Below are positions 8,965 through 18,923 of a DNA stretch of 64,000 bases, piece after piece. The DNA is from Clostridia bacterium. Its GTDB lineage: Bacteria; Bacillota; Clostridia; UBA1212; UBA1255. The translations under genes and the position numbers were made by a program. The stretch is from assembly GCA_017935905.1 (NCBI GenBank), contig JAGBGO010000035.1, positions 36,064-100,063 of the forward strand. Reading direction: 5' to 3'. Numbering within the stretch: the stretch's first letter is position 1; each line of letters opens with the position of its first letter. The notes below the pieces were generated by a model. It was not told where the DNA came from, ran no database searches, and saw nothing but the letters and a program-made list of their open reading frames with translations.

Positions 8965-11900
8965 TTACGGGTTGTAGGCACTTGCCGCACAGCCATAATC
9001 ATAAACCGCTTGAATCAATGCATAGGACTTGCTCGTCTCGTCATTTGCAGCCACAAATGCATTGACGTAGGAGTTGATGCTGTAAGTAACTTCCTGTACA
9101 AGAACACCGTCTACGTACAAGCCAACTACAACGGGTGTGTCAAACTGGTGTGCATAAACTCCGTCGTAATCCCAGTAATAAATATTACCGGTGGACAATT
9201 CGAAGTTGTCATACGTTGTCTCGCCTACTTTGATCGTAATCTTGCTTGCGTCATTGGTTACGAACTTAAAGCGAAGACGTACGGTATTGAACAATGCGAG
9301 GCTTGCAGACTTCCAGTAGTTATTTGCATCGCTGCGTGTACCTACGCTCCGAACGCTTCCTGCATTGGTCATAGCTTGATTTACAGATGTCTTCTCACCG
9401 GCATCCAACTGGCTGTTGGCAAAGAGTGTAGCATCCGTAACACCTTCAAAGTACTTTTGAGACTCTGTTCCGTAGTTCAGCATTGCAATCAACACGTCGC
9501 GAAGTTTCTGCTTCTGACCGCTTGTATCCGCCGCTGCATCCTCTGCAGAAGGCAACATATTCATACAGTATTGTTGTAGGCTGTACGTCGCCACTTTATC
9601 TTTCCGCATACCGTCGATATACAATTCCGCAGAAATATTCTCACACATATCTTGAGGAAGAATATCCGGCAAGGAGAAGGTATACTGACCGTCGGCCTCT
9701 ACACCGTCCACCCAAATTACTTCACCTTTGAAGGTAAACTTCATTTGAACGGATTCCGCATCGTCAACATCAACATCGGCCTGCAAGTGAAGTGTAATCG
9801 CCTCATCCAACTCAGGTGCTGCCGTCTTAATTTCGCCTTCAACACCTTCTGTGATGGAGAAGTTCTTTACGTCAAAACCGGCAGTGCCGCCTTCCGCCAT
9901 AAAACCAAAATAAGCAATGTCCGCTGCAGTAGGCAAACGGTCAATCTTCTCAACAAACAATTGCTCACCGTCTAAGAACACTTGAATAGATTTTCCGGTT
10001 ACCTCTGCAGTTAAGTTAAACCACTGCTTGGTAGAGAAATCAAGACCGGATTTAACAACTACAAAGCTGTCAATATAAGCAATACCACTGGAATACGTAT
10101 GCTCCGGATCACTACCTTGTGCATGGCCACGGAACGACATCGTACCTGCAGCCATATCAAAGTCAAAACGAAGTTGATGGAATCTATAACCGCTGGATAC
10201 TTTCTCGCCAACCAAGAAACCGGCTCCGCCAACTTTGTCCACACCAGATGTGGTGATACATCTGTTCGGGGAGAAATCAACACTAACCTTATAACTTTCA
10301 AACGGAATCGTACGTGTACCTGAAATCCAAGACCCACCATTGCTTATAACAGGGACTCTCATGATGTAATCACCATTTTCATCTACGGTATAGCAATCCG
10401 TTTGATCATGAGCATTCAGTTGTTGAACATTTTTAAACCAATATTTAGCAGTATCATAATGTTCAAACACCTTCTCCGAAACGATATTGTCTACACCTTC
10501 ATAGATGCCGAAGTTCTTAATAGATTGTGTTGCTCCGGACGGGAAGAAACCAATATAGTTCAGTTCACCGGACGTAGGGAAATGACCCAATGATGCAGTT
10601 GTGATACTACCACCCGTTTTTGGATCGGTGAAATCCGGCGCTTGGTAGCCATCAAAATAAATCATAGTTTTCGTAGGTGTTACCTTGAAAACAACCTCAT
10701 GCCACGTGTCCGCATCAAAATCACCCTTATACCAAGAAGTTCCATACGTGGGTGTTGCAACATTCGTTCCACAATGCTCCCATACGTAAAAACTAACTGT
10801 CTTTGCGTCATAGTTCGGGTCAAAACGAATATTCATCCACTTAAGGTCATTAGGCGCGCTGCCATATCCCAAAAGAACACCCATATACTTACTTCCGTCA
10901 GACTTAATGTTCATCTTTACGGTATAACTGCCGTCCGGAAGTGCCACTTTCGTATAGGAATCCGTATGCGTTGTGGGAACCGAGTATACGTAATCCCCCT
11001 CGTCATCCAAATAGAACGTACCGGCGCAAGCACCTGCAAAATAATTCTTCATGTTTGCCTGATTTGCAAAAACATGTTTATAAATCAAATTTTCAGGACC
11101 GGTTGACGTCTCGGGAATAATCGATGTGTCTTCCGAATCCGGATAAACAATGTGAATCGTATGGGTTTGATTTCTTGCCGCTCCACCAAAACTCTGAATA
11201 CGGAAGTATACGCCATCCTCACCAGTTTCTTCACCCACGCCTTGGATTTCACTTAACTTTTGACGAGAAGTAAGCGCAGTGGCGGTCTCCGCATAAGAAT
11301 CAAATGCAGAACCGGTCTTGTCGCCAATTCCACGAATCATTACATTGCCGGTTTCATTCTTGGAGAAAGCAAATACATAGCCTTCCTCTGCAAAATCTGC
11401 GTAATTTCCATAGGTCACATGACTGTTAATGTCACGGATACTAATTGTGGAATATACAAGATTTTCATTGCTGCGCACATACCAAGTCATAGCTTGTTTG
11501 TTGGTATACGAAGGATTAATCGTACCCGAAGTGGAGGGATCACCCACTAACTGTACGAAAGAATAGTCATTGGTCGGATCATCCGGAATAATATGGATAT
11601 ATCCCTTACCATCTTTACCATCAGAACCAATCAAATCCGTCAACTTCACATGATGCTGTACAAAGCCCGGCTCAGCAGCAAGATTTACACGTACCGTATC
11701 ATAGACCATTGCCTCGTGGCTTTCGCTGAGAATCTCCGCGCCGCCACCTGTCGTCCAACGGCTGGGTTTTCTCTCGTCCACAGTAGAAGTCTTCGGTTTC
11801 GGATAAACAACTTTAATCGTGTATTTCAAATTGCTGGTTGCATCACCAAAACTCTGCAATCGGAAATATACACCATCTTCACCGGACGTCTCTCCGGCAC

Positions 11901-12525
11901 CTTGAATTTCACTCAATTTCAATCGGGAAATTAAAGAGGTCGTGTCCTCATAAGAATCAAAAGTGTTATATGTACGCTCGCCAATACCACGAATCATAAC
12001 GTTACCCACTTCATTCTTGGAGAAAGCAAACATAAATCCCTCGGATTTAATTTGAGATTGGATACCATAAATCTTAACAGGATTTCCTTCTCCTCTAAGA
12101 TATACAAGAGAGTTAGCACTACCATCGGTTCTAAGATACCAAGTCATCGCCTTTGTATCGCGTATCGGATCAATGCCGGTAGCACTGGGATCACCAACTA
12201 ATTGTACGAAAGAATAGTCCGTCATATAATTATCGCAGATAATATTGATATAGCCTTGACCATCTTCACCGTTCTCACCAATTAAATCCGTAAGAATCTG
12301 ATCCAGCTGCACATATCCGGAACCACTCTTCATATCCACTTCTACAATATCCGTAACCCAGGTAACGCTGGATTCGCTCAGTACCGATGCACCGGAACCG
12401 GCAGACCACTTAGAAGTAGACGTTGCCTCCGCACCTACACTCATCGGAAGCGTTACTGTAATCATCGAGCATACCATCAAAACCGTCAACAAAACGGAAA
12501 TGCTACTCTTCCACACTCTTTTCAT
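8965..12525 (-). CDS. Large (1186 aa) secreted multidomain protein
   Basis: It has an N-terminal signal peptide (MKRVWKSSISVLLTVLMVCSMITVTLPMSVGA). An internal ~220-aa tandem duplication follows. The C-terminal part has two concanavalin-A-like/LamG-type beta-sandwich segments. There is no LPXTG motif and no SLH domain. Confidence 0.6.
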   Translation of the reverse strand: MKRVWKSSISVLLTVLMVCSMITVTLPMSVGAEATSTSKWSAGSGASVLSESSVTWVTDIVEVDMKSGSGYVQLDQILTDLIGENGEDGQGYINIICDNYMTDYSFVQLVGDPSATGIDPIRDTKAMTWYLRTDGSANSLVYLRGEGNPVKIYGIQSQIKSEGFMFAFSKNEVGNVMIRGIGERTYNTFDSYEDTTSLISRLKLSEIQGAGETSGEDGVYFRLQSFGDATSNLKYTIKVVYPKPKTSTVDERKPSRWTTGGGAEILSESHEAMVYDTVRVNLAAEPGFVQHHVKLTDLIGSDGKDGKGYIHIIPDDPTNDYSFVQLVGDPSTSGTINPSYTNKQAMTWYVRSNENLVYSTISIRDINSHVTYGNYADFAEEGYVFAFSKNETGNVMIRGIGDKTGSAFDSYAETATALTSRQKLSEIQGVGEETGEDGVYFRIQSFGGAARNQTHTIHIVYPDSEDTSIIPETSTGPENLIYKHVFANQANMKNYFAGACAGTFYLDDEGDYVYSVPTTHTDSYTKVALPDGSYTVKMNIKSDGSKYMGVLLGYGSAPNDLKWMNIRFDPNYDAKTVSFYVWEHCGTNVATPTYGTSWYKGDFDADTWHEVVFKVTPTKTMIYFDGYQAPDFTDPKTGGSITTASLGHFPTSGELNYIGFFPSGATQSIKNFGIYEGVDNIVSEKVFEHYDTAKYWFKNVQQLNAHDQTDCYTVDENGDYIMRVPVISNGGSWISGTRTIPFESYKVSVDFSPNRCITTSGVDKVGGAGFLVGEKVSSGYRFHQLRFDFDMAAGTMSFRGHAQGSDPEHTYSSGIAYIDSFVVVKSGLDFSTKQWFNLTAEVTGKSIQVFLDGEQLFVEKIDRLPTAADIAYFGFMAEGGTAGFDVKNFSITEGVEGEIKTAAPELDEAITLHLQADVDVDDAESVQMKFTFKGEVIWVDGVEADGQYTFSLPDILPQDMCENISAELYIDGMRKDKVATYSLQQYCMNMLPSAEDAAADTSGQKQKLRDVLIAMLNYGTESQKYFEGVTDATLFANSQLDAGEKTSVNQAMTNAGSVRSVGTRSDANNYWKSASLALFNTVRLRFKFVTNDASKITIKVGETTYDNFELSTGNIYYWDYDGVYAHQFDTPVVVGLYVDGVLVQEVTYSINSYVNAFVAANDETSKSYALIQAVYDYGCAASAYNP
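11115..12414 (-). repeat. Intragenic tandem duplication (two ~650-bp diverged repeat units) inside the 1186-aa gene
   Basis: Protein residues ~36-255 and ~256-470 are colinear paralogues. Examples are ...GYINIICDNYMTDYSFVQLVGDPS... versus ...GYIHIIPDDPTNDYSFVQLVGDPS..., and ...GVYFRLQSFG... versus ...GVYFRIQSFG... Confidence 0.7.
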
Positions 12526-12655
12526 TTGCTAAACCTCCCTTAACTCTATACACAAACAAAAAGTTAACAATTGGATAATAATCCATTAACTAATTATACG
12601 CTTTGGGAGATTTTTTGTAAAGTGCTTTTTCAGGGCAAATTATGACGTAATTATC

Positions 12656-14770
12656 TTAAAACCGATCGGAAAAATAAACCTCCATAATACGGCCGGCAAT
12701 GGGTGCCGCATTAGAACCGAATACACCATGTTCCAACACAATAGAAATGGCAATCTCCGGGTCGTCCGCAGGCGCATAGCAAATCATTAAGCCGTGGGAG
12801 CTTTCACCGAAAGCTTCCAATCCGGTTTCCGGCGTACCCGACTTAGCTGCTACAAAACCGTAAGGGAATTTTGAAAAAACGGCATTGGCGGCTGCGTTCT
12901 CTCTTGCCATAGCTTTCATGCCTTCCCGTACAGCGTTTAAAATATACGCAGAAACACCCAAATTCGTTCCGCCTTCCGCTTTAGCCACATTGTCCGAAAC
13001 AACCGCACCCTCCCCATTGATAACAGACTTAATCAAATAAGGAGTTTTCAGGATTCCGCCATTGGCAAGTGCAGACGTGTAGTTACACAGTTGCAAAGGG
13101 GTAAAAAGGGTGTACAGCTGTCCAATGGACGTCTGGGCAGTGTCGGAATCACTCCATACGTGGGTAGTATCTTCTTCCCGCTGTTCCATAGTTTCCGGAT
13201 TGCTGCGAGAACCTGCGTATTCGCTGATTTCGATGCCGGTCTTCTCTCCTAAACCGAACTTCTTAATCCATGCGTCCAACGTATCGATGCCTGTGCGAAT
13301 GCCTGCTTCATAGAAATATATGTTACAGGAACGGGCAAGGGCACTCTTCAGAGCAATCTGTCCGTGGTAACCCAAGCAAGCGTGGGTTTGGGTGCCGATT
13401 TGAATGGTGTGGGTACAGTTGATGGTCTGGTTAACGGAAATCTTTCCTTCCATCAATGCGGCAACGGATATCAAAGGTTTAATGGTCGAGCCCACGGGAT
13501 AAAGACCTTGTGTAGCGCGGTTCAAGCTTGGGGAAGTGGGGTCCGCAAAAAGATCCACAATCGCCTGCTGGGCTTCTTTGTCCGTAGAAGGTGCAATGAA
13601 TATAGAATTATCGTAATACGGGTAATTGGCCATAGCAAGCACTTCCGCCGTTTTTACGTTCATTACCACAACAGATCCGGCGGCCGCATCGCCGAAATTA
13701 TTGTATCCGTTCTTCCCTGCCGCAATATCTGCCAAAGTTTTCTCTAAAATGGAAACACATTCTTTTTGCAGATTGTAATCAATGGTTAAATACACGTCGT
13801 TTCCACGTACCGGCGGTGTGTAGGATTCAGTCCGTACAATGCCGTTTGCATCCCGATAAACCACGCGCGTTCCATTTACACCCCGAAGATCGGATTCCGC
13901 TGCTTTCTCAATGCCGATCTTGCCGATCAAGTCGTCATTGCTGTAGCCTTGATCTTTCATTTCCTGGTATTCACTGTCGCTGATAGCCCGCACGTATCCA
14001 ATCAAATGGCTGGCTGCCGCAGCGTCCTGGTAAACACGATAGTATGCTTCTTCCGTAGTAATACCGGGGAAATCAAAATACCGCGCCGACAAATATTCCA
14101 TGGTTTCTTTGCAAACGTCCGTGGCAATGGTGGTAGGGCGCAAATAACTAAGACCAAAAAAGTGAGTTTGGTACCGTATAATCATAATCTTGTACGCCTG
14201 GGCATCCGTATACTTCTCGTCCAGTTCAAAAACCTTGTTGCGCAAATAATCGTAGGCGTCTCTTGCGGTCTTAATATTCTCCTTGTCCGACTTGCTGAAG
14301 CCGCTTACAATCGTATTCAACCAGTTATTCAGTGCCTTCTCCCGGTTCTCCCCGTCAAAAGCACTGCCCCATTCCAAGTTTGGCGTAATATACCGTTTCA
14401 AATTGTTGGTATATACGTCATTATTTTGTTCGAACAGCTCGATGAGGGCTAAATACATCGCGTCGCGATCCGCCTGTTCCATTTTGTAGTTCACCATATT
14501 TACCTGATAGGCAACGCGGGTTGTGGCAAGAAGCACGCCGTTTCGGTCGTAAATATCGCCCCGGCGGGCTTTCACCGTAAGTTCCGCTGTAGAAAGAGCC
14601 GTCTGACCCGCTTGAGAATTTAGCGCATCACCTTGACGAATCTGGAGGTCGTACAAGCGACCAATCATCACCGCAGAAACAACAAATACCATCAGCCCCG
14701 CGTAAAAATGAGGACTGGTAATCATGCGTTTCAGTTCTCTTTTGACAATCTTCCAATATTTAGCAAACAT
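12656..14770 (-). CDS. Penicillin-binding protein 2 (class B transpeptidase, rod-complex associated)
   Basis: It has an N-terminal transmembrane helix and a dimerisation domain. The transpeptidase motifs STIK (SxxK), SCN (SxN) and KSGT (KTG) are present. It lies directly downstream of mreBCD. Confidence 0.8.
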   Translation of the reverse strand: MFAKYWKIVKRELKRMITSPHFYAGLMVFVVSAVMIGRLYDLQIRQGDALNSQAGQTALSTAELTVKARRGDIYDRNGVLLATTRVAYQVNMVNYKMEQADRDAMYLALIELFEQNNDVYTNNLKRYITPNLEWGSAFDGENREKALNNWLNTIVSGFSKSDKENIKTARDAYDYLRNKVFELDEKYTDAQAYKIMIIRYQTHFFGLSYLRPTTIATDVCKETMEYLSARYFDFPGITTEEAYYRVYQDAAAASHLIGYVRAISDSEYQEMKDQGYSNDDLIGKIGIEKAAESDLRGVNGTRVVYRDANGIVRTESYTPPVRGNDVYLTIDYNLQKECVSILEKTLADIAAGKNGYNNFGDAAAGSVVVMNVKTAEVLAMANYPYYDNSIFIAPSTDKEAQQAIVDLFADPTSPSLNRATQGLYPVGSTIKPLISVAALMEGKISVNQTINCTHTIQIGTQTHACLGYHGQIALKSALARSCNIYFYEAGIRTGIDTLDAWIKKFGLGEKTGIEISEYAGSRSNPETMEQREEDTTHVWSDSDTAQTSIGQLYTLFTPLQLCNYTSALANGGILKTPYLIKSVINGEGAVVSDNVAKAEGGTNLGVSAYILNAVREGMKAMARENAAANAVFSKFPYGFVAAKSGTPETGLEAFGESSHGLMICYAPADDPEIAISIVLEHGVFGSNAAPIAGRIMEVYFSDRF

Positions 14771-14784
14771 CCAAATCCCCCTCC

Positions 14785-15333
14785 TTACACGTCATATTGA
14801 ATCATAGGCTTCGGCTCTAATTTCTTCAAAATCCACAACACCGGCACCAGCATCAGGCCAAGCACGATCAGGTGGTACAGCGTTTGAGGTAAAATGCGGG
14901 TTATCAAGTGCGCACCGTAGCCGTGGGCATAAAGGGCACCGCTCTTAGTGGCATATAACGTAAGGACCCGAACGAAGAAACTTTCCACCATGCAATAGAA
15001 AAATAAAAGAGGCGGAAGAACCGCGCAAGGCCACCATTTCTTCTCCCGAAGAAATGCAGGGCCGGAGATAGACGCGCCCACTGCAAAAAACATATACAAA
15101 AGTGCATAGAATCCCAAATATCGCCCGTAAACGATGTCATAGAAAAAGCCGGCAGAAATACCCAACACCATAGCCTCTTCCTTCTCCATACGAGAAGCAA
15201 TCAAAAGGATAAAAACCGGTAGCAGTTGCGGCATCGCCCCAAGCAACTGAACGTCTTGGGGAAGCAAGGCTTGCAGCACTGCCAAGATCAGTACCGAAAT
15301 ACAATAATAAATAATATGTTTCCGGTCTCGCAT
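14785..15333 (-). CDS. mreD: Rod shape-determining protein MreD
   Basis: The 182-aa polytopic membrane protein sits between mreC and pbp2. Confidence 0.65.
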   Translation of the reverse strand: MRDRKHIIYYCISVLILAVLQALLPQDVQLLGAMPQLLPVFILLIASRMEKEEAMVLGISAGFFYDIVYGRYLGFYALLYMFFAVGASISGPAFLREKKWWPCAVLPPLLFFYCMVESFFVRVLTLYATKSGALYAHGYGAHLITRILPQTLYHLIVLGLMLVPVLWILKKLEPKPMIQYDV

Positions 15334-15357
15334 GCCGTGCCGCCTTTCTGTAAATGC

Positions 15358-16200
15358 TTATGGTTGTGGTTCCGCTCCGCCCTGGGGAATCAGTATGTTT
15401 ACCGAAATCAGCGTACTGAAATGAACACTGGGTTCCACTTCCGCAAAACGGGATCCGTCCACAGCTACACCTACACGAACCACGGTGCCAATGGTAAGGC
15501 CGCGGGGATAAACGCCGCCGCTTTCTGCCGTCACCAACACGTCCCCTTCTTTAATCTCTGCATCCGGGGAAATACGATCCACCCGAAGAAGGCCTTCGTA
15601 ATTCTCATTGCTGGTACCGCAGACACGCACCAATTCATCATTGTGGGAAATACGCGCCATCAATACGTTCTGCTCATCAATAATACAACGAACTTTTGAC
15701 GAAACAAGGCCGGCATTGTAAACAATGCCCACCAAACCTTTGGAGGTAATCACCACGTATCCATTCTTGATACCGTGAGCAGTTCCTACGTCAATGGTGA
15801 ACTCGTTAAACCAGCCGGTTACGTCCTGGGTAATCACGTCTGCGCGAACAATCTTGTATTCCCGAATAGTTTCTTCCATTTCCAAGAGATCTCGAAGTTC
15901 CTCATTTTCTCGCTCCAAACGGGCATTTTCATCCTCTAAGGAAGAAAGATTCTCATTCTCCTCCCGAAGTGCTTCGATTTCCGCCTGGATTTCTTTGTAG
16001 TCCTGTAAAATGGTGATCCGCTGACCAATGGCGTTTCCCACGGAAGAAAAGGCTTTCTGCACATAATACACCGGCGTACCGATAACTTTATAAAAACCAT
16101 GGAGTTGGCTATCTGCATTGGCAGAAATAGCAACAAACACAGCCATCAATATGGACAATATAATCAGTACAAACAGAAAAATTTTGGATTTCTTGCTCAT
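15358..16200 (-). CDS. mreC: Rod shape-determining protein MreC
   Basis: It has an N-terminal transmembrane helix, a coiled coil (EIEALREENENLSSLEDENARLERENEELRDL) and a C-terminal beta-domain. Confidence 0.8.
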   Translation of the reverse strand: MSKKSKIFLFVLIILSILMAVFVAISANADSQLHGFYKVIGTPVYYVQKAFSSVGNAIGQRITILQDYKEIQAEIEALREENENLSSLEDENARLERENEELRDLLEMEETIREYKIVRADVITQDVTGWFNEFTIDVGTAHGIKNGYVVITSKGLVGIVYNAGLVSSKVRCIIDEQNVLMARISHNDELVRVCGTSNENYEGLLRVDRISPDAEIKEGDVLVTAESGGVYPRGLTIGTVVRVGVAVDGSRFAEVEPSVHFSTLISVNILIPQGGAEPQP

Positions 16201-16239
16201 CCGCGTTCCTTTCTGCCCCGGTATGCAGCATGCGGGCTA

Positions 16240-17259
16240 TCAGAACTTACGCATGGTTCTGTTTTGAGAAAGCATGCGGCGAAGTTCCGGATCCTCTAAA
16301 CACTTACCGGTACCTCTTGCCACACAATCCAAAGGATCGTCTGCAATGTGTACGGGAATACCGGTCTCAATCTTAATAATCTTATCTAAACCGCTGAGCA
16401 GCGCGCCGCCGCCTGTGAGCATAATGCCCTTCTCCATAACGTCTGCAGCCAACTCCGGAGGCGTTGCTTCCAAAGTTTCCTTCACGGCATCAATAATGGC
16501 CGCAACCGGTTCTTTCAACGCTTCCACAATTTCCGAGGAAGTTAATTGAATATTCTTGGGCAAGCCGGAGAAAATATCACGGCCCTTTACGGACATTCTT
16601 TCCTCCTGTGCCTTAGGATAAGCGGCACCAATGGTAATTTTAATTTCTTCCGCGGTGCGCTCACCGATAACCAAACTGTGTTCTTTCTTGGCATAGGTAA
16701 TAATGGCTTCGTCTAATACGTCGCCGGCTACCCGCAAAGATTTGGAATTTACAATGCCGCCCATAGACAGCACGGCAACTTCACTGGTACCGCCGCCGAT
16801 ATCTACAATCATGCAACCGGTGGCTTCTTCAATGGGAAGACCTGCACCGATAGCGGCTAAGATAGGCTCTTCGAACAATACCGGACGCTTTCTGGCACCG
16901 GCTTTCTCGGCAGCTTCCTCCACGGCCATATATTCAACTTCCGTTACACCGGAAGGCACGCAGATCAGCAAGTTGGGCTTACCAAATCCTGCAGAAGCCA
17001 TGGCTTTTCGAATAATATGACGGAGCATCTGTTCCGTAATATCAAAGTCTGCAATCACACCGTCCTTTAAAGGACGAATGGCCACGATACTGCCCGGTGT
17101 ACGACCAATCATCAATTTAGCCGCATTGCCTACCGCCAAAACTTCGTTGGTGTTCTTATTGACTGCCACAACGGAAGGCTCACGAATAATGATGCCCTTG
17201 CCGTTCATGTGTACCAACGTATTTGCAGTACCTAAATCAATTCCGATATCTCTTGCCAT
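16240..17259 (-). CDS. mreB: Rod shape-determining protein MreB (actin homologue)
   Basis: The sequence MARDIGIDLGTANTLV... is 339 aa long and the actin-fold ATPase motifs are present. Confidence 0.9.
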   Translation of the reverse strand: MARDIGIDLGTANTLVHMNGKGIIIREPSVVAVNKNTNEVLAVGNAAKLMIGRTPGSIVAIRPLKDGVIADFDITEQMLRHIIRKAMASAGFGKPNLLICVPSGVTEVEYMAVEEAAEKAGARKRPVLFEEPILAAIGAGLPIEEATGCMIVDIGGGTSEVAVLSMGGIVNSKSLRVAGDVLDEAIITYAKKEHSLVIGERTAEEIKITIGAAYPKAQEERMSVKGRDIFSGLPKNIQLTSSEIVEALKEPVAAIIDAVKETLEATPPELAADVMEKGIMLTGGGALLSGLDKIIKIETGIPVHIADDPLDCVARGTGKCLEDPELRRMLSQNRTMRKF

Positions 17260-17275
17260 ATACTCTCAACCTTCC

Positions 17276-17974
17276 TTATTCTGCCTGCAGTTCCTCCATA
17301 TCACCTTCTAAGAAGAAACTGTAGTATTGGTCTTTGCCGTAAATAATATGATCTGCCAGCACAATGCCCAGGATCTTACCGGCTTCTGCCAGCCGCCGCG
17401 TGGTTTCCCGGTCTTCTCGGCTGGGTGTACAATCGCCGCTTGGATGATTGTGCATCACCACCACGCCGGATGCCCGATTCACTACCGCCGGGGAAAAAAC
17501 TTCCCTGGGATGTACGATAGCCCGGTCTACCGTGCCCACCGAAACCGTGACGTCTTTCAAAATCTGCCACTTCCGGTCTAACAAAACTACTTTGAAATGT
17601 TCTTGAGGCAAGTGCATTTCGCCGCTGTACAAAGAAGCCAACTGCTCAATGCTGCCAATCCTCGTTTTCTTTCCCACTTCACCTTTGGAAATTCGTCTGC
17701 CTAATTCAAAAGCAGCTAACAAGGTAACGGCTTTTGCAAAGCCTACGCCGGAAATTTCTGTCAGGGCCTGTACACTAAGCGCTCCTAATCCATACAGTCC
17801 TTCGCTTCTGGCCAGCACGTCTTGGGCCACCTCTACGGCGTTCCGCTTCCGATTTCCGCTTTTGAGTAAAATCGAAATCAGTTCCGTATCGGATAAAGTT
17901 TCCGGACCGTACGCTTCCAACCGTTCATAAGGACGAAGCCCTTCCGGAAGCGTCTTCATCGTTCTGCCGTCCAT
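17276..17974 (-). CDS. radC: RadC-family (UPF0758, JAB/MPN) protein
   Basis: It has an HhH N-terminal domain and the JAMM motif HNHPSG...D. Confidence 0.85.
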   Translation of the reverse strand: MDGRTMKTLPEGLRPYERLEAYGPETLSDTELISILLKSGNRKRNAVEVAQDVLARSEGLYGLGALSVQALTEISGVGFAKAVTLLAAFELGRRISKGEVGKKTRIGSIEQLASLYSGEMHLPQEHFKVVLLDRKWQILKDVTVSVGTVDRAIVHPREVFSPAVVNRASGVVVMHNHPSGDCTPSREDRETTRRLAEAGKILGIVLADHIIYGKDQYYSFFLEGDMEELQAE

Positions 17975-18103
17975 ATTCCACTCCTTTCCTTCTGTTCGGT
18001 TGCCGCCTGAAGGTCGTGTGTATTATGGAAATGCATACAATGTTAGTATACCTTTTTTACCCGAAAAACACAATACGTTTTTTGGACGCAGAACAGCCCG
18101 ATC

Positions 18104-18826
18104 TTATCGCTCCAACATGGTGCGAACCAACTCGTAGGCAAACATCCAATGAAGTTCCTTCGTAGGGTGGTTTACTTCGTTGGACAGCAGTTTGTTGGTG
18201 TTTACACCGCGGCTGCGCATAAGTTCCCACAAAGCGTGACAATCGCAAACGGGAACGTTCATCTCTCCGGCAATTCTCCGGGCACTGTCTAAGAACAAGC
18301 GAAGCAAGCCGTCCCGCTCCCCTTGGCTGACGGTCCGGATCACTTGTTCAATGGTTTCATTGGCATTGTGATAATCCGTATAATCCGAACGGGTGTTGGG
18401 CGTCATAAAGATCACTTCTGCGCCGGTTTCCTGAATGCGGGTAAAAATCTTCTTAAGTGCTGCTTCGTAAGCGGGCAAACGATCTGCACCTTCTGCCGCA
18501 TCATTCAAACCGAAGCATACAACCACCAGGTCAGGCTGATAACTAAGTACGTCCCGTTCCAAACGCTCCAAACCAAGTTCCGCGTTCTGACCGGAAATAC
18601 CGGCATTGATGATGCTCACGGGAACGGCAGGATACAACATACCCAGCAAGGTTTTTACTTTCGTTACGTATCCGTCTTCCGCACGAAACGCTGTCAAAAG
18701 CTGACCCTGCTCTACGTAAATTTCAAAGCAACCTTGCGTAACGCTATCGCCTAAGAAAGCAATCACCGGTTGACGGTTTTCATGCAGGCTGTTTTGCTTT
18801 GCAAGAATCTTATCTATAATTTTCAT
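18104..18826 (-). CDS. SGNH/GDSL-family hydrolase
   Basis: The GDSL block (IAFLGDSVTQG) and the D-x-x-H region near the C-terminus are present. Confidence 0.75.
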   Translation of the reverse strand: MKIIDKILAKQNSLHENRQPVIAFLGDSVTQGCFEIYVEQGQLLTAFRAEDGYVTKVKTLLGMLYPAVPVSIINAGISGQNAELGLERLERDVLSYQPDLVVVCFGLNDAAEGADRLPAYEAALKKIFTRIQETGAEVIFMTPNTRSDYTDYHNANETIEQVIRTVSQGERDGLLRLFLDSARRIAGEMNVPVCDCHALWELMRSRGVNTNKLLSNEVNHPTKELHWMFAYELVRTMLER

Positions 18827-18923
18827 AAAATATCGCTCCTTATTTGCAAAAAGAGCTTCAGAACAGGCTGTTCCGAAGCTCTTCGTTTCATTTCAGTCCA
18901 ACCGAAATCCCTATCAACTGAAA

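Noticed and set aside
8902-11934. Several plus-strand ORFs (8902-9579, 9483-9731, 9652-9975, 10642-11106 and others) inside the 1186-aa gene
   Set aside because: They are shadow ORFs opposite a long, coherent minus-strand gene.
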